Assembly: GCA_021821045.1 (NCBI GenBank)
Contig: JAKACW010000015.1
Span: 4,713 to 68,712, forward strand
DNA length: 64,000 nucleotides
Source of the DNA: Pseudomonadota bacterium
Lineage (GTDB): Bacteria > Pseudomonadota > Gammaproteobacteria > JAADHS01
Direction of reading: 5' to 3'
The notes beneath the pieces are model-generated. The model saw only the letters and a program-made list of their open reading frames with translations, had not been told where the DNA came from and made no database searches. Position 1 is the first letter of the stretch; each line of letters begins with the position of its first letter. The translations under genes were made by a program, and so were the position numbers. This document shows positions 17,621 through 29,508 of the stretch, in pieces.

Positions 17621-18823
17621 TCAGCGCGCCTTCGGCTTAACCTTCGACGCCGCCAGCTTGGCCCGCGACCGCGCTTCGTTCACGTTCGCCCCGGTGGCCA
17701 ACGCCACTCCCATGCGTCGCTTGACGTAAGACTCCGGCTTGCCAAACAACCGTATGTCGGACTGCGGCACACGCAGCGCCTCGTCCACGCCCTCGAAAAC
17801 GATTCCCTTGGCATCGACGCCGCCGTAAATCACGGCGCTGGCGCCTGGCGCACGCATACGGGTGTCGACGGGCAAACCCAGAATGGCCCGCGCATGCAAT
17901 TCGAATTCGCTCTGGACTTGGCTGGCCATGGTCACCATCCCGGTGTCGTGCGGCCGCGGACTCACTTCACTGAACCACACATGATCACCTTTGATGAACA
18001 ACTCCACGCCGAATATTCCGCGGCCGCCTAGATTGTCGGTGACTGATTTGGCGATTTCCCGCGACCGCTTCAACGCAGCCTCGCTCATAGCCTGGGGTTG
18101 CCAGCTCTCCACATAATCGCCGCTCACCTGCAGATGGCCGATGGGATCGCAAAAATGGGTTTCGATTTCGCCGTTCGCGCCGCGTGCGCGCACGGTCAGT
18201 TGGGTGATTTCATAGTCGAACTCAATGACCTGCTCGACGATGACGCGACCTTGGTTGACGCGCCCGGCAGACATGGCGCATTCCCAAGCGCGCTCGACAT
18301 CCTCGGGCTCTTCGAGACGGCTTTGACCCTTGCCGGACGACGACATCACGGGCTTTACGATGCACGGATAGCCGATGGCGCCGTCGATGGCCATCCGCAG
18401 CCCGTTCAATGAGTCGGCGAAGGCATAGCGCGATGTCGGCAAATCCAACTCCTCCGCCGCCAACCGTCGAATACCTTCGCGGTTCATGGTCAGGTGCGCC
18501 GCCCGCGCCGTTGGGATCACTTCGGCCAGGCCCGCTTTCTCGATCTCCAGCAACATCTCCGTCGCAATGGCCTCGATCTCCGGCACGACCAGCGCCGGGC
18601 GCTCGCTCTCGACCAGCTTGCGTAACGCCGCACCGTCGGCCATGTTGATGACATGGGAACGATGCGCGACTTGATGGCCAGGCGCATTCGCGTAGCGATC
18701 CACCGCGATCACTTCCACCCCCAGGCGCTGCAACGCGATGATGACCTCCTTGCCGAGTTCGCCGCTGCCCAGCAGCATGACGCGTGTCGCCTGCGTAGAT
18801 AACGGTGTACCGATACGTGACAT
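17621..18823 (-). CDS. purT: Formate-dependent phosphoribosylglycinamide formyltransferase
   Basis: IGTPLS...[42 protein letters not shown]. Confidence 0.97.
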   Translation of the reverse strand: MSRIGTPLSTQATRVMLLGSGELGKEVIIALQRLGVEVIAVDRYANAPGHQVAHRSHVINMADGAALRKLVESERPALVVPEIEAIATEMLLEIEKAGLAEVIPTARAAHLTMNREGIRRLAAEELDLPTSRYAFADSLNGLRMAIDGAIGYPCIVKPVMSSSGKGQSRLEEPEDVERAWECAMSAGRVNQGRVIVEQVIEFDYEITQLTVRARGANGEIETHFCDPIGHLQVSGDYVESWQPQAMSEAALKRSREIAKSVTDNLGGRGIFGVELFIKGDHVWFSEVSPRPHDTGMVTMASQVQSEFELHARAILGLPVDTRMRAPGASAVIYGGVDAKGIVFEGVDEALRVPQSDIRLFGKPESYVKRRMGVALATGANVNEARSRAKLAASKVKPKAR

Positions 18824-19023
18824 GGCTCTCTCTCCCGACCTCAAAATTCAGGCTATGTTGTTGTTTGGCGACAAGTCCGTCGCGTGATCACATGATCGAA
18901 GGCATTTTTACTTGAATTGCGCTTCAATGAAAGCGGCGTACTGGCAGAATTTAGCAACAGTAGACGTTGCAGTTCTCGATAAGGATAATAAGGGAAAACC
19001 GAGGGACTTCGAACGATCCGGCA

Positions 19024-20619
19024 ATGTATACGCGACACTTCGGCCTCAGCACCAATCCTTTCACCATCGCGCCCGATCCGCGTTTTCTCTATATGGGAAA
19101 GCACCATGAGGAAGCCCTCGCCCATTTGTTGTTTGGCGTGCGTGGCGCGGGCGGGTTCATTCAACTCACCGGAGAAGTCGGCACCGGCAAGACCACGCTG
19201 GTGCGGTCCTTGGTGGCCGATTTGCCGCGCGACATTGACGTCGCGCTGGTCTTGAATCCGCGACTGAATGCCAACGAGTTCGTTGCGGCGATTCTCGACG
19301 AACTCAACGTGCCGTACCCGCCCAACCGCGCCAGCACCAAATTGCTTACCGACCGGCTTAACCGCTATCTGCTGGACACCTTCGCCAAAGGGCGACGAGT
19401 GGTGCTGATCGTCGACGAAGCGCAAAACCTCCACCCCGACGTGCTGGAACAGATCCGCCTGCTGACCAATCTCGAAACAAATGAACAAAAGTTGCTGCAG
19501 ATCGTGCTGGTGGGTCAACCGGAATTGGCCAAAGTGCTCGGCCGCCATGATTTGCGGCAACTGGCGCAGCGCATCACCGCCCGCTACCACCTGACGCCAC
19601 TCACGGCCGGTGAGGTGCAGAACTACATCGATCACCGACTGGCCACGGCAGGCGCGGATAGAGCGCTGTTTTCAACGGCGGCGGTCAAGGAAATCTACAA
19701 GCAATCCCGCGGCATTCCGCGGCTGATTAACGTCATCTGCGATCGCGCCCTGCTCGGCGCCTACAGTGCGGAACGCCCGGTAGTGGACAAAGCCATCGCC
19801 CGCCAAGCCGCGCAGGAAGTCGCCGGACGCAAGAGCGCGTCGCGTAAATGGTTAAAGCACCTGATTTCGCCCGGCGCGGCGCTGGCCGGCATCTTCGCCA
19901 TCGGCGGCACCTGGGCGCTGACCAATCAAGCACCGCACCATCACGACGCCGCGGATTTGCCTGAGCATCACGAAAGCGCTGCGCAGACGCCCAGACCAGA
20001 CGCGGCGCCGATTAGCATCGAATCGAGTTTGTTCGTCGCGACCGAAGTCTACCGGCAATGGTTTGCCGCCTGGGGTATATCGGAACTGACATTGTCCGCC
20101 ACGGCGCCCTGCGACGAAGCGCGTCACCACGGACTGCGCTGCTTGGACGTGAGCGGAGATTTAAACACGCTGATCCAATTGGATCGCCCCGCCTTAGTCA
20201 AGCTCAAACAAGCCGGCAAAAATGCGCTTCCCATTGTCGTTTTGGGCGCCCATGCCGACACTTTCACCGTCACGGGCGGCGGCCGGCCCTTCACGCTGAC
20301 GCGGCAAGATCTGCAGCAGCGCTGGCCAAACGTGTTTACTGTGCTGTGGCAACCCCTCGCCGGCGATATTGAAGCGCTTCATCCGGGCGAACGTCATTTG
20401 GCCGTCAAGTGGCTGCGGCGCCAATTGGCCCCAAGCACGCCGATGAACGAGCTGTATGACGCAGCACTGGTCGAGAAAATTCTGGCGCTGCAAAAGAAAG
20501 CGGGGTTGACCGCCAACGGCGTGGTCACGCCCTTAACGGTGATTCATCTGCAGAATCAGCGCGAAGCGTCCATTTCACCACGGCTGTCGCGCCTCGGGCA
20601 GCACATCAACAAGGGTTAG
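19024..20619 (+). CDS. exeA: ExeA/GspA-family AAA ATPase with C-terminal peptidoglycan-binding domain
   Basis: MYTRHFGLSTNPFTIAPDPRFLY, GEVGTGKT, LIVDEAQNL, GQPEL, GIPRLIN. Confidence 0.9.
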   Translation: MYTRHFGLSTNPFTIAPDPRFLYMGKHHEEALAHLLFGVRGAGGFIQLTGEVGTGKTTLVRSLVADLPRDIDVALVLNPRLNANEFVAAILDELNVPYPPNRASTKLLTDRLNRYLLDTFAKGRRVVLIVDEAQNLHPDVLEQIRLLTNLETNEQKLLQIVLVGQPELAKVLGRHDLRQLAQRITARYHLTPLTAGEVQNYIDHRLATAGADRALFSTAAVKEIYKQSRGIPRLINVICDRALLGAYSAERPVVDKAIARQAAQEVAGRKSASRKWLKHLISPGAALAGIFAIGGTWALTNQAPHHHDAADLPEHHESAAQTPRPDAAPISIESSLFVATEVYRQWFAAWGISELTLSATAPCDEARHHGLRCLDVSGDLNTLIQLDRPALVKLKQAGKNALPIVVLGAHADTFTVTGGGRPFTLTRQDLQQRWPNVFTVLWQPLAGDIEALHPGERHLAVKWLRRQLAPSTPMNELYDAALVEKILALQKKAGLTANGVVTPLTVIHLQNQREASISPRLSRLGQHINKG

Positions 20620-20621
20620 CC

Positions 20622-21233
20622 ATGTCGTATATTCTCGATGCCCTGAAAAAGTCCGAACTGGAGCGCCGCGGTCCCAGCGCGTCGGGACATGGTCCTGTGC
20701 GTTCGGTTGCGCCCACCGTCTCCGCGGCGCCGGCCGCGCCGGTGCGACGCGATTCGAGCAACCGCAATCTGGGGCGTTGGTACTGGATATTCGGCGGCGC
20801 GCTGTTGGTCAACGGTGGCATCACGCTGTACCACCACTACTCCGACCCGCGGCATCAAAACACGGTCACCAGTCCGACGAACAAACTCGCGGACCACGAG
20901 AAAGCGCGCCTCATTCCGACGGACCACGTCGCCAGGCAGACCGCCTTCGACAATGCCGCAACGGCCCCAACAGCGGTGAATGACGCCAGCGGCGAACCCG
21001 TCATCCCTCTGCTCAAGGACAAGCCCGCGACTTTTCGCCAGGCCGTACCGAAAATGAACGTCGATCTTCATGTCTACGCCGAGCGTCCGCGCGAACGTTT
21101 TGCATTGATCAACATGTCGAAATTCCGGGAAGGCGACGACATCGGCCGCGGCTTGGTGCTGGAGAGCATTACGCCTTCCGGGTTGGTCATTCGTCTCAAC
21201 GACGATCGCTTCCGTATCGATACGCGCTACTAG
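20622..21233 (+). CDS. exeB: ExeB/GspB-family protein
   Basis: MSYILDALKKSE, one TM segment, C-terminal HVYAERP..RFALIN...REGD. Confidence 0.88.
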   Translation: MSYILDALKKSELERRGPSASGHGPVRSVAPTVSAAPAAPVRRDSSNRNLGRWYWIFGGALLVNGGITLYHHYSDPRHQNTVTSPTNKLADHEKARLIPTDHVARQTAFDNAATAPTAVNDASGEPVIPLLKDKPATFRQAVPKMNVDLHVYAERPRERFALINMSKFREGDDIGRGLVLESITPSGLVIRLNDDRFRIDTRY

Positions 21234-21405
21234 CGGGCCGCGACCTCTCAACTATACAAGCCGAGTTGGACTGTCTATCATTTAAAAGCAACCCATCATG
21301 GGTGTAACTGCTTGTGATAGTTCCGAAACATGCACTGCCCGATCGCAGACGAGAAGGCGCCGTGCGTGACAGCCTAGCCGAAATTACAGATAGTGAAGAT
21401 GGCTT

Positions 21406-21990
21406 ATGACGGACAACATAACTACGCTCGACCAAGACCGTAGAACCTACTATCGCATCGATGACGATGTGTACCTCGAGTATCTCGTCCTGGGCGAGAC
21501 GGACATCGAGGAAGCCATCAAAGAGTTCAAGGGCCAGAGCCCCGAGCATTTCAACCCGCTCAATCAACTGCAAGCGATCTCGGTAAGAAATCGCGGGCTT
21601 CTGGAAAACATTCGCAACAAGCATCCGGAGATCGGCGAGTTCCTCGTCGGTCTGGAGGAACAAATTCAGCTTCTCGCCCACGCCATCGCCCAAGACCAAG
21701 TGGGCGTGCCCATCGTGCCCAATGAAAGCGTGAACATCAGTGCGGGCGGCATTTCCTTTTGCAGCGAACAATCCCTCAATTCCGGGACCATGGTCGAGTT
21801 TTCGATCATCATCGTGCCGGCATATCTGCACATTTCCGCCCTCGGCGCCGTCGTGTACTGCCGCCGCGACGACCAGACGACCCCTGCGTATCCATACCGA
21901 ATCGGGGTCGAGTTTTCCCATATTCACGACGCCGATCGGGATGCGTTGATGCGCCACGTCAGCGCGAAACGCGACGCCGCGGTGAGCTGA
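21406..21990 (+). CDS. PilZ-domain protein
   Basis: DRRTYYRIDD, NISAGGISF, YRIGVEF. Confidence 0.85.
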   Translation: MTDNITTLDQDRRTYYRIDDDVYLEYLVLGETDIEEAIKEFKGQSPEHFNPLNQLQAISVRNRGLLENIRNKHPEIGEFLVGLEEQIQLLAHAIAQDQVGVPIVPNESVNISAGGISFCSEQSLNSGTMVEFSIIIVPAYLHISALGAVVYCRRDDQTTPAYPYRIGVEFSHIHDADRDALMRHVSAKRDAAVS

Positions 21991-22191
21991 AGCGTCTTGA
22001 CGCGTCGCCTAAAACCACCAAGGCGGGTATATCGAAACCTACACGTGCGAAGCAGACGACATTGCGCCCATTTGTTGCCGGCACCGCGATGTTCCTTTAC
22101 AATCCTGACTAATTTCTGGCTGGGTCGACCCATTCCTCGATGCGCTTTTGGGCAAGCGCGATTTCTTTGCCCAACGTAAACTGGAACCGCC

Positions 22192-22482
22192 GTGGACTTT
22201 CAAAAGATTCAATACAGCACCAAGCGCAGCCGGCCCGCTCTTGATCCCACGACCCGGCGCAAGCTCCTGTTCTCGCTTTCTCAGCCAACCAATCCGGTAT
22301 CGGGCGCCTTGCTGGCGCACATCGAGAATCAAGCAACGCCGGCGGCGATTCACACTTGGGAGAACAACGGTTGGATTCGTCGCGAAGGCCCTAACTTTTA
22401 CCTCACTGAAACCGGCAGCGCGGTCCTGCGCACGGCCAGCCCGCCGCCCCCGGACAGCTATTATCCAATCGAGTTTCGATAG
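22192..22482 (+). CDS. Small hypothetical protein, possible winged helix
   Basis: 96-aa ORF filling the gap, with GWIRREG..FYLTETG wing-like motif. Confidence 0.55.
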   Translation: MDFQKIQYSTKRSRPALDPTTRRKLLFSLSQPTNPVSGALLAHIENQATPAAIHTWENNGWIRREGPNFYLTETGSAVLRTASPPPPDSYYPIEFR

Positions 22483-22490
22483 TCACCGGA

Positions 22491-23312
22491 TTGGTTGCAA
22501 CAGAGCGCTCGAGCGAACCTCCTTTCGTGCTGCTTCTTCCCTCAACCCTCGACAACATCGTTGCATTCGTAAAAACGAGCGCCAAGGCCAAGCGACCGCG
22601 TCTCGAGATTTGCCCGTACGGCACAGTCACGCTCATCGCACCGCGCCGTTTCAGCGCGCGCCATTGGCAGGGCTTTTTGCGCGACAATACGGGGTGGATT
22701 ACGCAGACCCTGGAAAGGATCGATCACCATCGGCGCCAAGCGCCGCAGCTCCACACCATCCAACCGGGAGTGATTCATTTGCCTGCGGTTGGCGCGACTT
22801 GGCATATCGACTATTCGAACCAGCAACGGCGAGGCGCGATCGAATCGCAAATCGAAGGCGGCCAGCGGCTGACCGTTCGCGCCGGTGACAATCACGAACA
22901 CTTAAAGCACCTGAACGCGTGGGTTCGCGCGCGCGCCCATGCGGTCTTACCGACACGACTTCGTGAAATAAGCGAACAAACGGAGTTGCGCTTCAGCCGC
23001 ATCAACATCCGGGCCCAAAAAACCCGCTGGGGCAGTTGTACCCGCAGCGGGACGATTAGCCTAAACCAGAATTTGTTGTTTCTCTCCCCGGAGCTTGCCG
23101 ATTACCTCATGATCCATGAGCTATGCCACACGGTCCACATGAGCCACTCCGCGCGCTACTGGACGTTGGTAAAACGTTTTTCGCCCGACTACCGGCTGCA
23201 CGAATCCCGGCTGCGCCACGCCGCCAACCAAGTTCCGCTATGGGCCGCCGGTGCGCGGCAGCGGACGGCGCAGCCGGGAGACACGGTGATTCGGCTTACG
23301 ATGCCGATTTGA
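22491..23312 (+). CDS. YgjP/M48-like (SprT-like) zinc metalloprotein
   Basis: QKTRWGSC...ISLN..L, DYLMIHELCH...HSARYW. Start uncertain. Confidence 0.85.
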   Translation: MVATERSSEPPFVLLLPSTLDNIVAFVKTSAKAKRPRLEICPYGTVTLIAPRRFSARHWQGFLRDNTGWITQTLERIDHHRRQAPQLHTIQPGVIHLPAVGATWHIDYSNQQRRGAIESQIEGGQRLTVRAGDNHEHLKHLNAWVRARAHAVLPTRLREISEQTELRFSRINIRAQKTRWGSCTRSGTISLNQNLLFLSPELADYLMIHELCHTVHMSHSARYWTLVKRFSPDYRLHESRLRHAANQVPLWAAGARQRTAQPGDTVIRLTMPI

Positions 23313-23538
23313 GCATTTGAAACAATTCGTCCTTTAACAACACGCGCTTTTTCTTTAGCTCTTCGGTGTAGGCATCCGATGGCGTCTCGATGTCCTGTTC
23401 GATACGTCGGATTTCATGGTCAATGTCGTTGTACTGATCGAACAGCTGGGCAAAATGCGCGTTCTTCGTCTTCAGATCGTGAATCTTATCTTTAAACTGG
23501 GGAAATTCGTGAACCAAATCGTGGTGTTCGCCAAACAT
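23296..23538 (-). CDS. YdcH/DUF465 family protein
   Basis: MFGEHHDLVHEFP...HFAQLF...LKKKRVLLKDEL. Confidence 0.88.
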   Translation of the reverse strand: MFGEHHDLVHEFPQFKDKIHDLKTKNAHFAQLFDQYNDIDHEIRRIEQDIETPSDAYTEELKKKRVLLKDELFQMLKSAS

Positions 23539-23591
23539 AACGCGCTTCTCCTGCAATAAATTTGATTTCATTCTAACATTGCGAAACGAAA

Positions 23592-24584
23592 ATGCCGCTC
23601 CACGAGAATCAGACAATCGGGCGTTACGCGCCCAGCCCAACGGGATACCTGCATCTGGGCAACCTGCGCACCGCATTGCTGGCGTGGCTGCAGGTCCGCT
23701 TGGCGTCGGGGCGATTCATATTGCGCATGGAGGATCTCGATACGCCGCGGGTGCGCCCCGAGTCTGAAGCGTCGATTCTTGCCGACCTGCATTGGCTCGG
23801 CTTGGACTGGGATGAAGGCCCCGATTGCGGCGGCCCGCAAAGCCCCTACAACCAATCGCGGCGCGCGGAAATCTATGACTATTATCTACAGCGGCTGCGG
23901 GAAGCGGGCCGGGCCTTTCCGTGCTTTTGTTCCCGCAAGGACGTGCTCCTCGCTTCGAGCGCACCCCATGGCCCGGATGGTCCGCTGTATCCTGGGACAT
24001 GTCGCAACCACTTGGGTCTTGCGGTGATGCCGGCCCGCGGCCGGGACGAACGCCGTCCGGCCTGGCGTTTTTTGGTCAACGATCGTGATGTATCCTTTAC
24101 CGATCAATTGCTTGGTCCGCAATCGCAAAACCTTGCCCGAGACGTTGGCGATTTCGTCATTCGCCGGGCCGACGATTTGTTCGCCTACCAATTGGCGGTG
24201 GTGGTCGACGACGCACTGATGGGCGTCACGGACGTGGTGCGCGGCAGCGACTTGCTGGCCTCGACAGCGCGTCAAATCGTTCTGTTTGACGCATTGGGTT
24301 TCGCGGCGCCTACGTATTGGCACGTGCCCTTAATGTGCGATGCTAGCGGGGCGCGCATGGCCAAGCGGGACGGGACGTTTTCGGTGGCCCAATTGCGCGC
24401 CCAAGGCCAGACTGCCCCACAAATCATTGGCGGCTTGGCCCATAGCGTCGGCCTAATCGATCGCAACGAACCGCTGACGTGCCGCGACCTGCTGGACGGG
24501 TTGACGCTGCCGGAATTCACTGCTCGCCTTAAGAACCGTACCAAAGGGGGATCGCATGAAAGCTCTGGTAAAGAGTCGCGCTGA
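23592..24584 (+). CDS. gluQ: Glutamyl-Q tRNA(Asp) synthetase
   Basis: [48 protein letters not shown]. Lacks the anticodon-binding domain. Confidence 0.9.
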   Translation: MPLHENQTIGRYAPSPTGYLHLGNLRTALLAWLQVRLASGRFILRMEDLDTPRVRPESEASILADLHWLGLDWDEGPDCGGPQSPYNQSRRAEIYDYYLQRLREAGRAFPCFCSRKDVLLASSAPHGPDGPLYPGTCRNHLGLAVMPARGRDERRPAWRFLVNDRDVSFTDQLLGPQSQNLARDVGDFVIRRADDLFAYQLAVVVDDALMGVTDVVRGSDLLASTARQIVLFDALGFAAPTYWHVPLMCDASGARMAKRDGTFSVAQLRAQGQTAPQIIGGLAHSVGLIDRNEPLTCRDLLDGLTLPEFTARLKNRTKGGSHESSGKESR

Positions 24585-25578
24585 ACGGGGCTTGTGGCTC
24601 GAGGACGTTCCCGAACCGACCTTCGGCACCAACGACGTCCTCGTCAAAGTACAACTCACCGGGATATGCGGCACCGACCTGCACATCTACAACTGGGACG
24701 GCTGGGCGCAGCGCAACATTCACGTGCCGCGGGTGCTGGGCCATGAATTCGTCGGCGAAATCGTCGGCAAAGGCGACGGCGTGTACGGCTTTCACATTGG
24801 ACAGCGCGTGACGGCCGAGGGACACGTCACCTGCGGCATTTGCCGCAATTGTCGCGCCGGCAAGCGTCACCTGTGCCACGAGACCATCGGCATCGGCGGC
24901 GGACGCGACGGCGCTTTCGCCGAATATGTCGCGGTTCCCGCGGCGAACATCTGGCCGGTGCATGACGAGATTTCGTCGGAGATCGCGTCTATTCTGGATC
25001 CCTTCGGCAATGCGGTTCACACGGCGTTGTCGTTCGATTTGGTTGGCGAGGATGTATTAGTCACCGGCGCCGGCCCCATCGGCATCATGGCCGCGGCGGT
25101 ATGTCGTCACGTGGGCGCGCGCAATGTGGTCGTCACCGACGTCAACGACTACCGGCTCGATCTGGCCAAGAAGCTCGGCGCGACCCGCTGCGTCAACGTT
25201 TCCCGCGAATCCGTGAAAGACGTCCTTGGCGAGCTGAAGATCCAAAACGGCTTCGACGTGGGGCTGGAGATGTCCGGCAATCCGCAAGCGTTCAATACCA
25301 TGATCGACACCATGTACAACGGCGGCAAGATCGCGTTGCTCGGATTTTTGCCGCCGACGACGCAAATCAATTGGGATGAAATCATTTTCAAAGGATTGCG
25401 GCTCAAAGGCGTCTACGGTCGCGAGGTGTTCGAAACCTGGTACAAAATGACCCAACTGCTGCGCGGCGGGTTGGATATCAACCCCATTATCACGCACCGC
25501 TTTCCCATGGAGGAGTTTGAACAGGGCTTTGCGGCGATGAATTCGGGGCAGTCTGGTAAAGTGATTCTGGATTGGTAA
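24556..25578 (+). CDS. tdh: L-threonine 3-dehydrogenase
   Basis: [42 protein letters not shown]. Confidence 0.97.
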   Translation: MKALVKSRAERGLWLEDVPEPTFGTNDVLVKVQLTGICGTDLHIYNWDGWAQRNIHVPRVLGHEFVGEIVGKGDGVYGFHIGQRVTAEGHVTCGICRNCRAGKRHLCHETIGIGGGRDGAFAEYVAVPAANIWPVHDEISSEIASILDPFGNAVHTALSFDLVGEDVLVTGAGPIGIMAAAVCRHVGARNVVVTDVNDYRLDLAKKLGATRCVNVSRESVKDVLGELKIQNGFDVGLEMSGNPQAFNTMIDTMYNGGKIALLGFLPPTTQINWDEIIFKGLRLKGVYGREVFETWYKMTQLLRGGLDINPIITHRFPMEEFEQGFAAMNSGQSGKVILDW

Positions 25579-25597
25579 GTCGGCCCAAGTCACTGAC

Positions 25598-25709
25598 GTG
25601 GCAGCGGTTTCCGATGCACACGGACGTGCAAGTGTCGCGAGAGGGCAGGATGCCCGGAGCGACTACCGCGATTCTTCGCCAAGTCAATCGCGGAATGATC
25701 CGCTCCCAC
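25598..25709. repeat. REP dimer whose left unit is interrupted by a 51-bp palindromic insert (25613-25663)
   Basis: Near-identical to 4911-4971 except for the insert GATGCACACGGACGTGCAAGTGTCGCGAGAGGGCAGGATGCCCGGAGCGAC. Confidence 0.85.
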
Positions 25710-25729
25710 GAAAACAAAAGAGAACCGCA

Positions 25730-26919
<1,190 letters not shown>

Positions 26920-26929
<10 letters not shown>

Positions 26930-26978
26930 GAAACCGCTCCCACGCTTCACCAGCATGGGAAGCGGATTATTCCGCGAT
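26920..26978. repeat. REP pair supplying the stop codons of both convergent genes
   Basis: ATCGCGG[TAG]GAAACCGCTCCCAC (kbl stop 26927-26929) and TGGGAAGCGGA[TTA]TTCCGCGAT (minus-strand stop 26967-26969). Confidence 0.85.
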
Positions 26979-27494
26979 TGCCCCGGCCGCCGTTACAAGC
27001 CGCCGGAACGAAGCGGCCACTTCCGGTTCGTCGTCCAATTGACGCGCCTGGGCATAGGCCAGTAGATTCGCTTGGGAGACGCTCCGTCGATCCGCCGACG
27101 TGGACGATGCCGACGCGTGACGTTTCGCGTCGAACACCCGAATGAGGATCTTTTGTTCGCCGACTTCCGCGGCGATTTCAGCGTTCAATACGCCGCGTCG
27201 AATCTCGTCACGCTCATCGGGCGCAATCCAAGGCGTATCGACTGTCTTGATCTGTCTGCGGGCACGTCGAATTGGCAGCACCACCGTTTCATGCCATTGC
27301 TCCAGCGCGCTCATGACTTCTTCAAAAAATGCCGTTACCAGTACGTCGCGGCCCTGCCGTCCGTGCCACAAACAGAACAGCAGAACGTTGACATTCAAGC
27401 CGTAGCGGTCTTGGAGGAACAGGCATTCGCGCTCGATTTCAGCCAGCCGGTATAATTCTCGGGACATGTTAAAAAACGCAGTTTCAATCACCAT
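26967..27494 (-). CDS. TIGR02444/DUF2390-family protein
   Basis: CLFLQDRYGLNVNVLLFCLW...VVLPIRRARR...AEIAAEVGEQ. Confidence 0.8.
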   Translation of the reverse strand: MVIETAFFNMSRELYRLAEIERECLFLQDRYGLNVNVLLFCLWHGRQGRDVLVTAFFEEVMSALEQWHETVVLPIRRARRQIKTVDTPWIAPDERDEIRRGVLNAEIAAEVGEQKILIRVFDAKRHASASSTSADRRSVSQANLLAYAQARQLDDEPEVAASFRRLVTAAGAIAE

Positions 27495-27996
27495 CGATCA
27501 AGCCTCGTCAGCGTCACATAGCGTTTGCGGCAATCACCTTCAGCGCTTGTCGGCCATTTTAGGCGAATACGGACTCACCGTCGTGCAGGTTGCGGAAGGT
27601 GATCAGATTCCGGGAAGCTACTGGGGTGAAGCCGAGGCCGGCCTGCGCGGAGACTGCCTTTTCATCAGGGCCGACACGCCCCTGCACTCGGCGCTGCATG
27701 AAGCTTGTCACTATCTGTGCATGGACGGTGCGCGCCGAGCGGCACTCGATACCGACGCAGGCGGAGAATACATCGAGGAGTCCGCGGTGTGTTACTTGCA
27801 GATCCTGCTGGCCGACCGATTCGACGGCGTGACTCGACACAGTCTGTGCAGGGACATGGATGACTGGGGTTATTCCTTTCGATTGGGGTCGACCGCGTGC
27901 TGGTTCAATGAGGATGCCGAGGATGCCCGGGCGTGGCTGATCGAACACGGTCTTGTCGACCCGGAAATGAAACCCACGGGGCGCTTGAGAGCGTAG
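27466..27996 (+). CDS. Conserved hypothetical HExxH protein
   Basis: IPGSYWGEAEAGL, DTPLHSALHEACH, EESAVCYLQ, DMDDWGYSFRLGS. Confidence 0.75.
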   Translation: MLKNAVSITIDQASSASHSVCGNHLQRLSAILGEYGLTVVQVAEGDQIPGSYWGEAEAGLRGDCLFIRADTPLHSALHEACHYLCMDGARRAALDTDAGGEYIEESAVCYLQILLADRFDGVTRHSLCRDMDDWGYSFRLGSTACWFNEDAEDARAWLIEHGLVDPEMKPTGRLRA

Positions 27997-28056
27997 CCGG
28001 CAACCGCAAGATCAAGTACCGTATAACGAATCGACTCGACATTTGAGGTTTAAACA

Positions 28057-28464
28057 ATGTACCGATCACTCTTGGGCATCATCGTCGGCGGCCTCTTGCT
28101 GATTGCGGGATGCGCGCCAAAACCGGCTATGGTCGCGGCACCCCTGGGCTCCCACGACGCGCTGCAAAGTCTCGCCACGGCGTTTGAACAGCAGTCGGAG
28201 CGGCTAACGCAGAGCCCAAACGCCCAGGTCCCCGAAGACCGCAAAATGTTCGTCGAAACCGTGTTCCAATCGGCCGGCTACGACTACAGCACGACATTGC
28301 GCTCCCTCAATCCAAGCGTCTTCGATCGGGCCGATCAACTGCACCGCGATCTCGCCGAACTGCTGGTCTATCCGGTTAAAGGCTATGCCGTTGAAGAAGC
28401 GGCGAAAATTTACTCGGCCGAAGACCTCGAGCACATCAAACAAATCCAGACCTGGCTGCGCTGA
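28057..28464 (+). CDS. Hypothetical lipoprotein
   Basis: Lipobox LIAGC, GAGG RBS. Confidence 0.75.
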   Translation: MYRSLLGIIVGGLLLIAGCAPKPAMVAAPLGSHDALQSLATAFEQQSERLTQSPNAQVPEDRKMFVETVFQSAGYDYSTTLRSLNPSVFDRADQLHRDLAELLVYPVKGYAVEEAAKIYSAEDLEHIKQIQTWLR

Positions 28465-28508
28465 GCGGTCGACCGCATCATGGCCTGCAATGCGGTCGGT
28501 AGCATTTC

Positions 28509-29198
28509 ATGGATTTGTCCCTAATCGCCGTCGCCGCCGTCGCCGCCGTGGCGAGCGGCACGCTGTGCCTTGCCGGCGGGGCGCGAAGCTTCGTCGGCAA
28601 TAGGCGCTGGCGGGCGCTGGTTCTCCTGATCATCGGCACCCTCGCCGCCGGGGCGGGCGCGATTCTTGGCGTCTTGGCATTGAGTTTCAACGCCTACCGC
28701 CATCTGTCGGCGGAAACCCATCTGGTCGAACTGGCCATCGAGCAACAAGCACCGCAACGCTTCACGGTCCGACTGATTTCCCGCGATGAGCCGTCGCGTA
28801 GTTTCACCATTGCCGGCGACGAATGGCTGATCGAAGCGCGAATACTGAAATGGCGACCCTGGGCGACCGCGCTAGGCTTTCCGGCCCTAATCCGCTTGGA
28901 ACGGTTGGGCGGTCGCTACGTCGACATTGAACATGAAATCGCCCGCGAGCGGACAGTGCATTCGCTGATCGTGGAGAAATCCCCGGACGTCTGGCAGTGG
29001 GCCACGCGGGCGCCAACGTGGCTGCCGGGGCTCGACACCGTTTACGGAACGGGCACCTATCTCCCCCTGGCCCACGGCGCGCGCTATACGGTGCTCGTAA
29101 CCCCAAGCGGCCTCATGGCGCGCGCGGCCAACTCACGGGCTGAACAGGCGGTACTGCTCTGGCGTCGAACGAATGGGTCGCCGGCGGCTACGTTTTAG
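28509..29198 (+). CDS. Conserved hypothetical membrane protein
   Basis: Two N-terminal TM segments, GDEWLIEARILKW, RLERLGGRY, DTVYGTGTYLP. Confidence 0.7.
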   Translation: MDLSLIAVAAVAAVASGTLCLAGGARSFVGNRRWRALVLLIIGTLAAGAGAILGVLALSFNAYRHLSAETHLVELAIEQQAPQRFTVRLISRDEPSRSFTIAGDEWLIEARILKWRPWATALGFPALIRLERLGGRYVDIEHEIARERTVHSLIVEKSPDVWQWATRAPTWLPGLDTVYGTGTYLPLAHGARYTVLVTPSGLMARAANSRAEQAVLLWRRTNGSPAATF

Positions 29199-29508
29199 CG
29201 CCGCCGCCCCGGCACAGTGGCGAATCCGGCGCGGAGCTCTGGCGCTCGCCCCATTCTTCCGGCGTGTACGTGTGCAAGGCTAGGGCATGCACCCCCGACT
29301 GCATTTCTTGGGTGAGCGACTGGTACACCATGCGGTGGCGGGCCACCAAGCCTTTGCCGGCAAACGCGTTCGACACAATTACCACTTTGAAGTGGGTCTC
29401 GGAGTCCTTGGGCACACTATGCATATGGCTTTCATTAACCACCTCCAGCGCCTGGGGGGCAAACGCCGTCGCGAGGGACTGCTCAATCCGGGTCTTGATG
29501 TTCATCAC
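29188..29508 (-). CDS. bolA: BolA family protein
   Basis: LEVVNESHMH...ETHFKVVIVS...VHALALHTYTPEEW. Confidence 0.95.
   Translation of the reverse strand: MMNIKTRIEQSLATAFAPQALEVVNESHMHSVPKDSETHFKVVIVSNAFAGKGLVARHRMVYQSLTQEMQSGVHALALHTYTPEEWGERQSSAPDSPLCRGGGAKT

Noticed and set aside
19024..21233. Complete T2SS or a link to the cytochrome locus
   Set aside because: Only exeA/exeB are present, a pair that is commonly separate from the main gsp operon, and purT separates it from the locus.
25598..25729. 44-aa N-terminal extension of kbl in the ORF track
   Set aside because: It is translated REP plus insert sequence; the Kbl-like sequence begins at ATG 25730.
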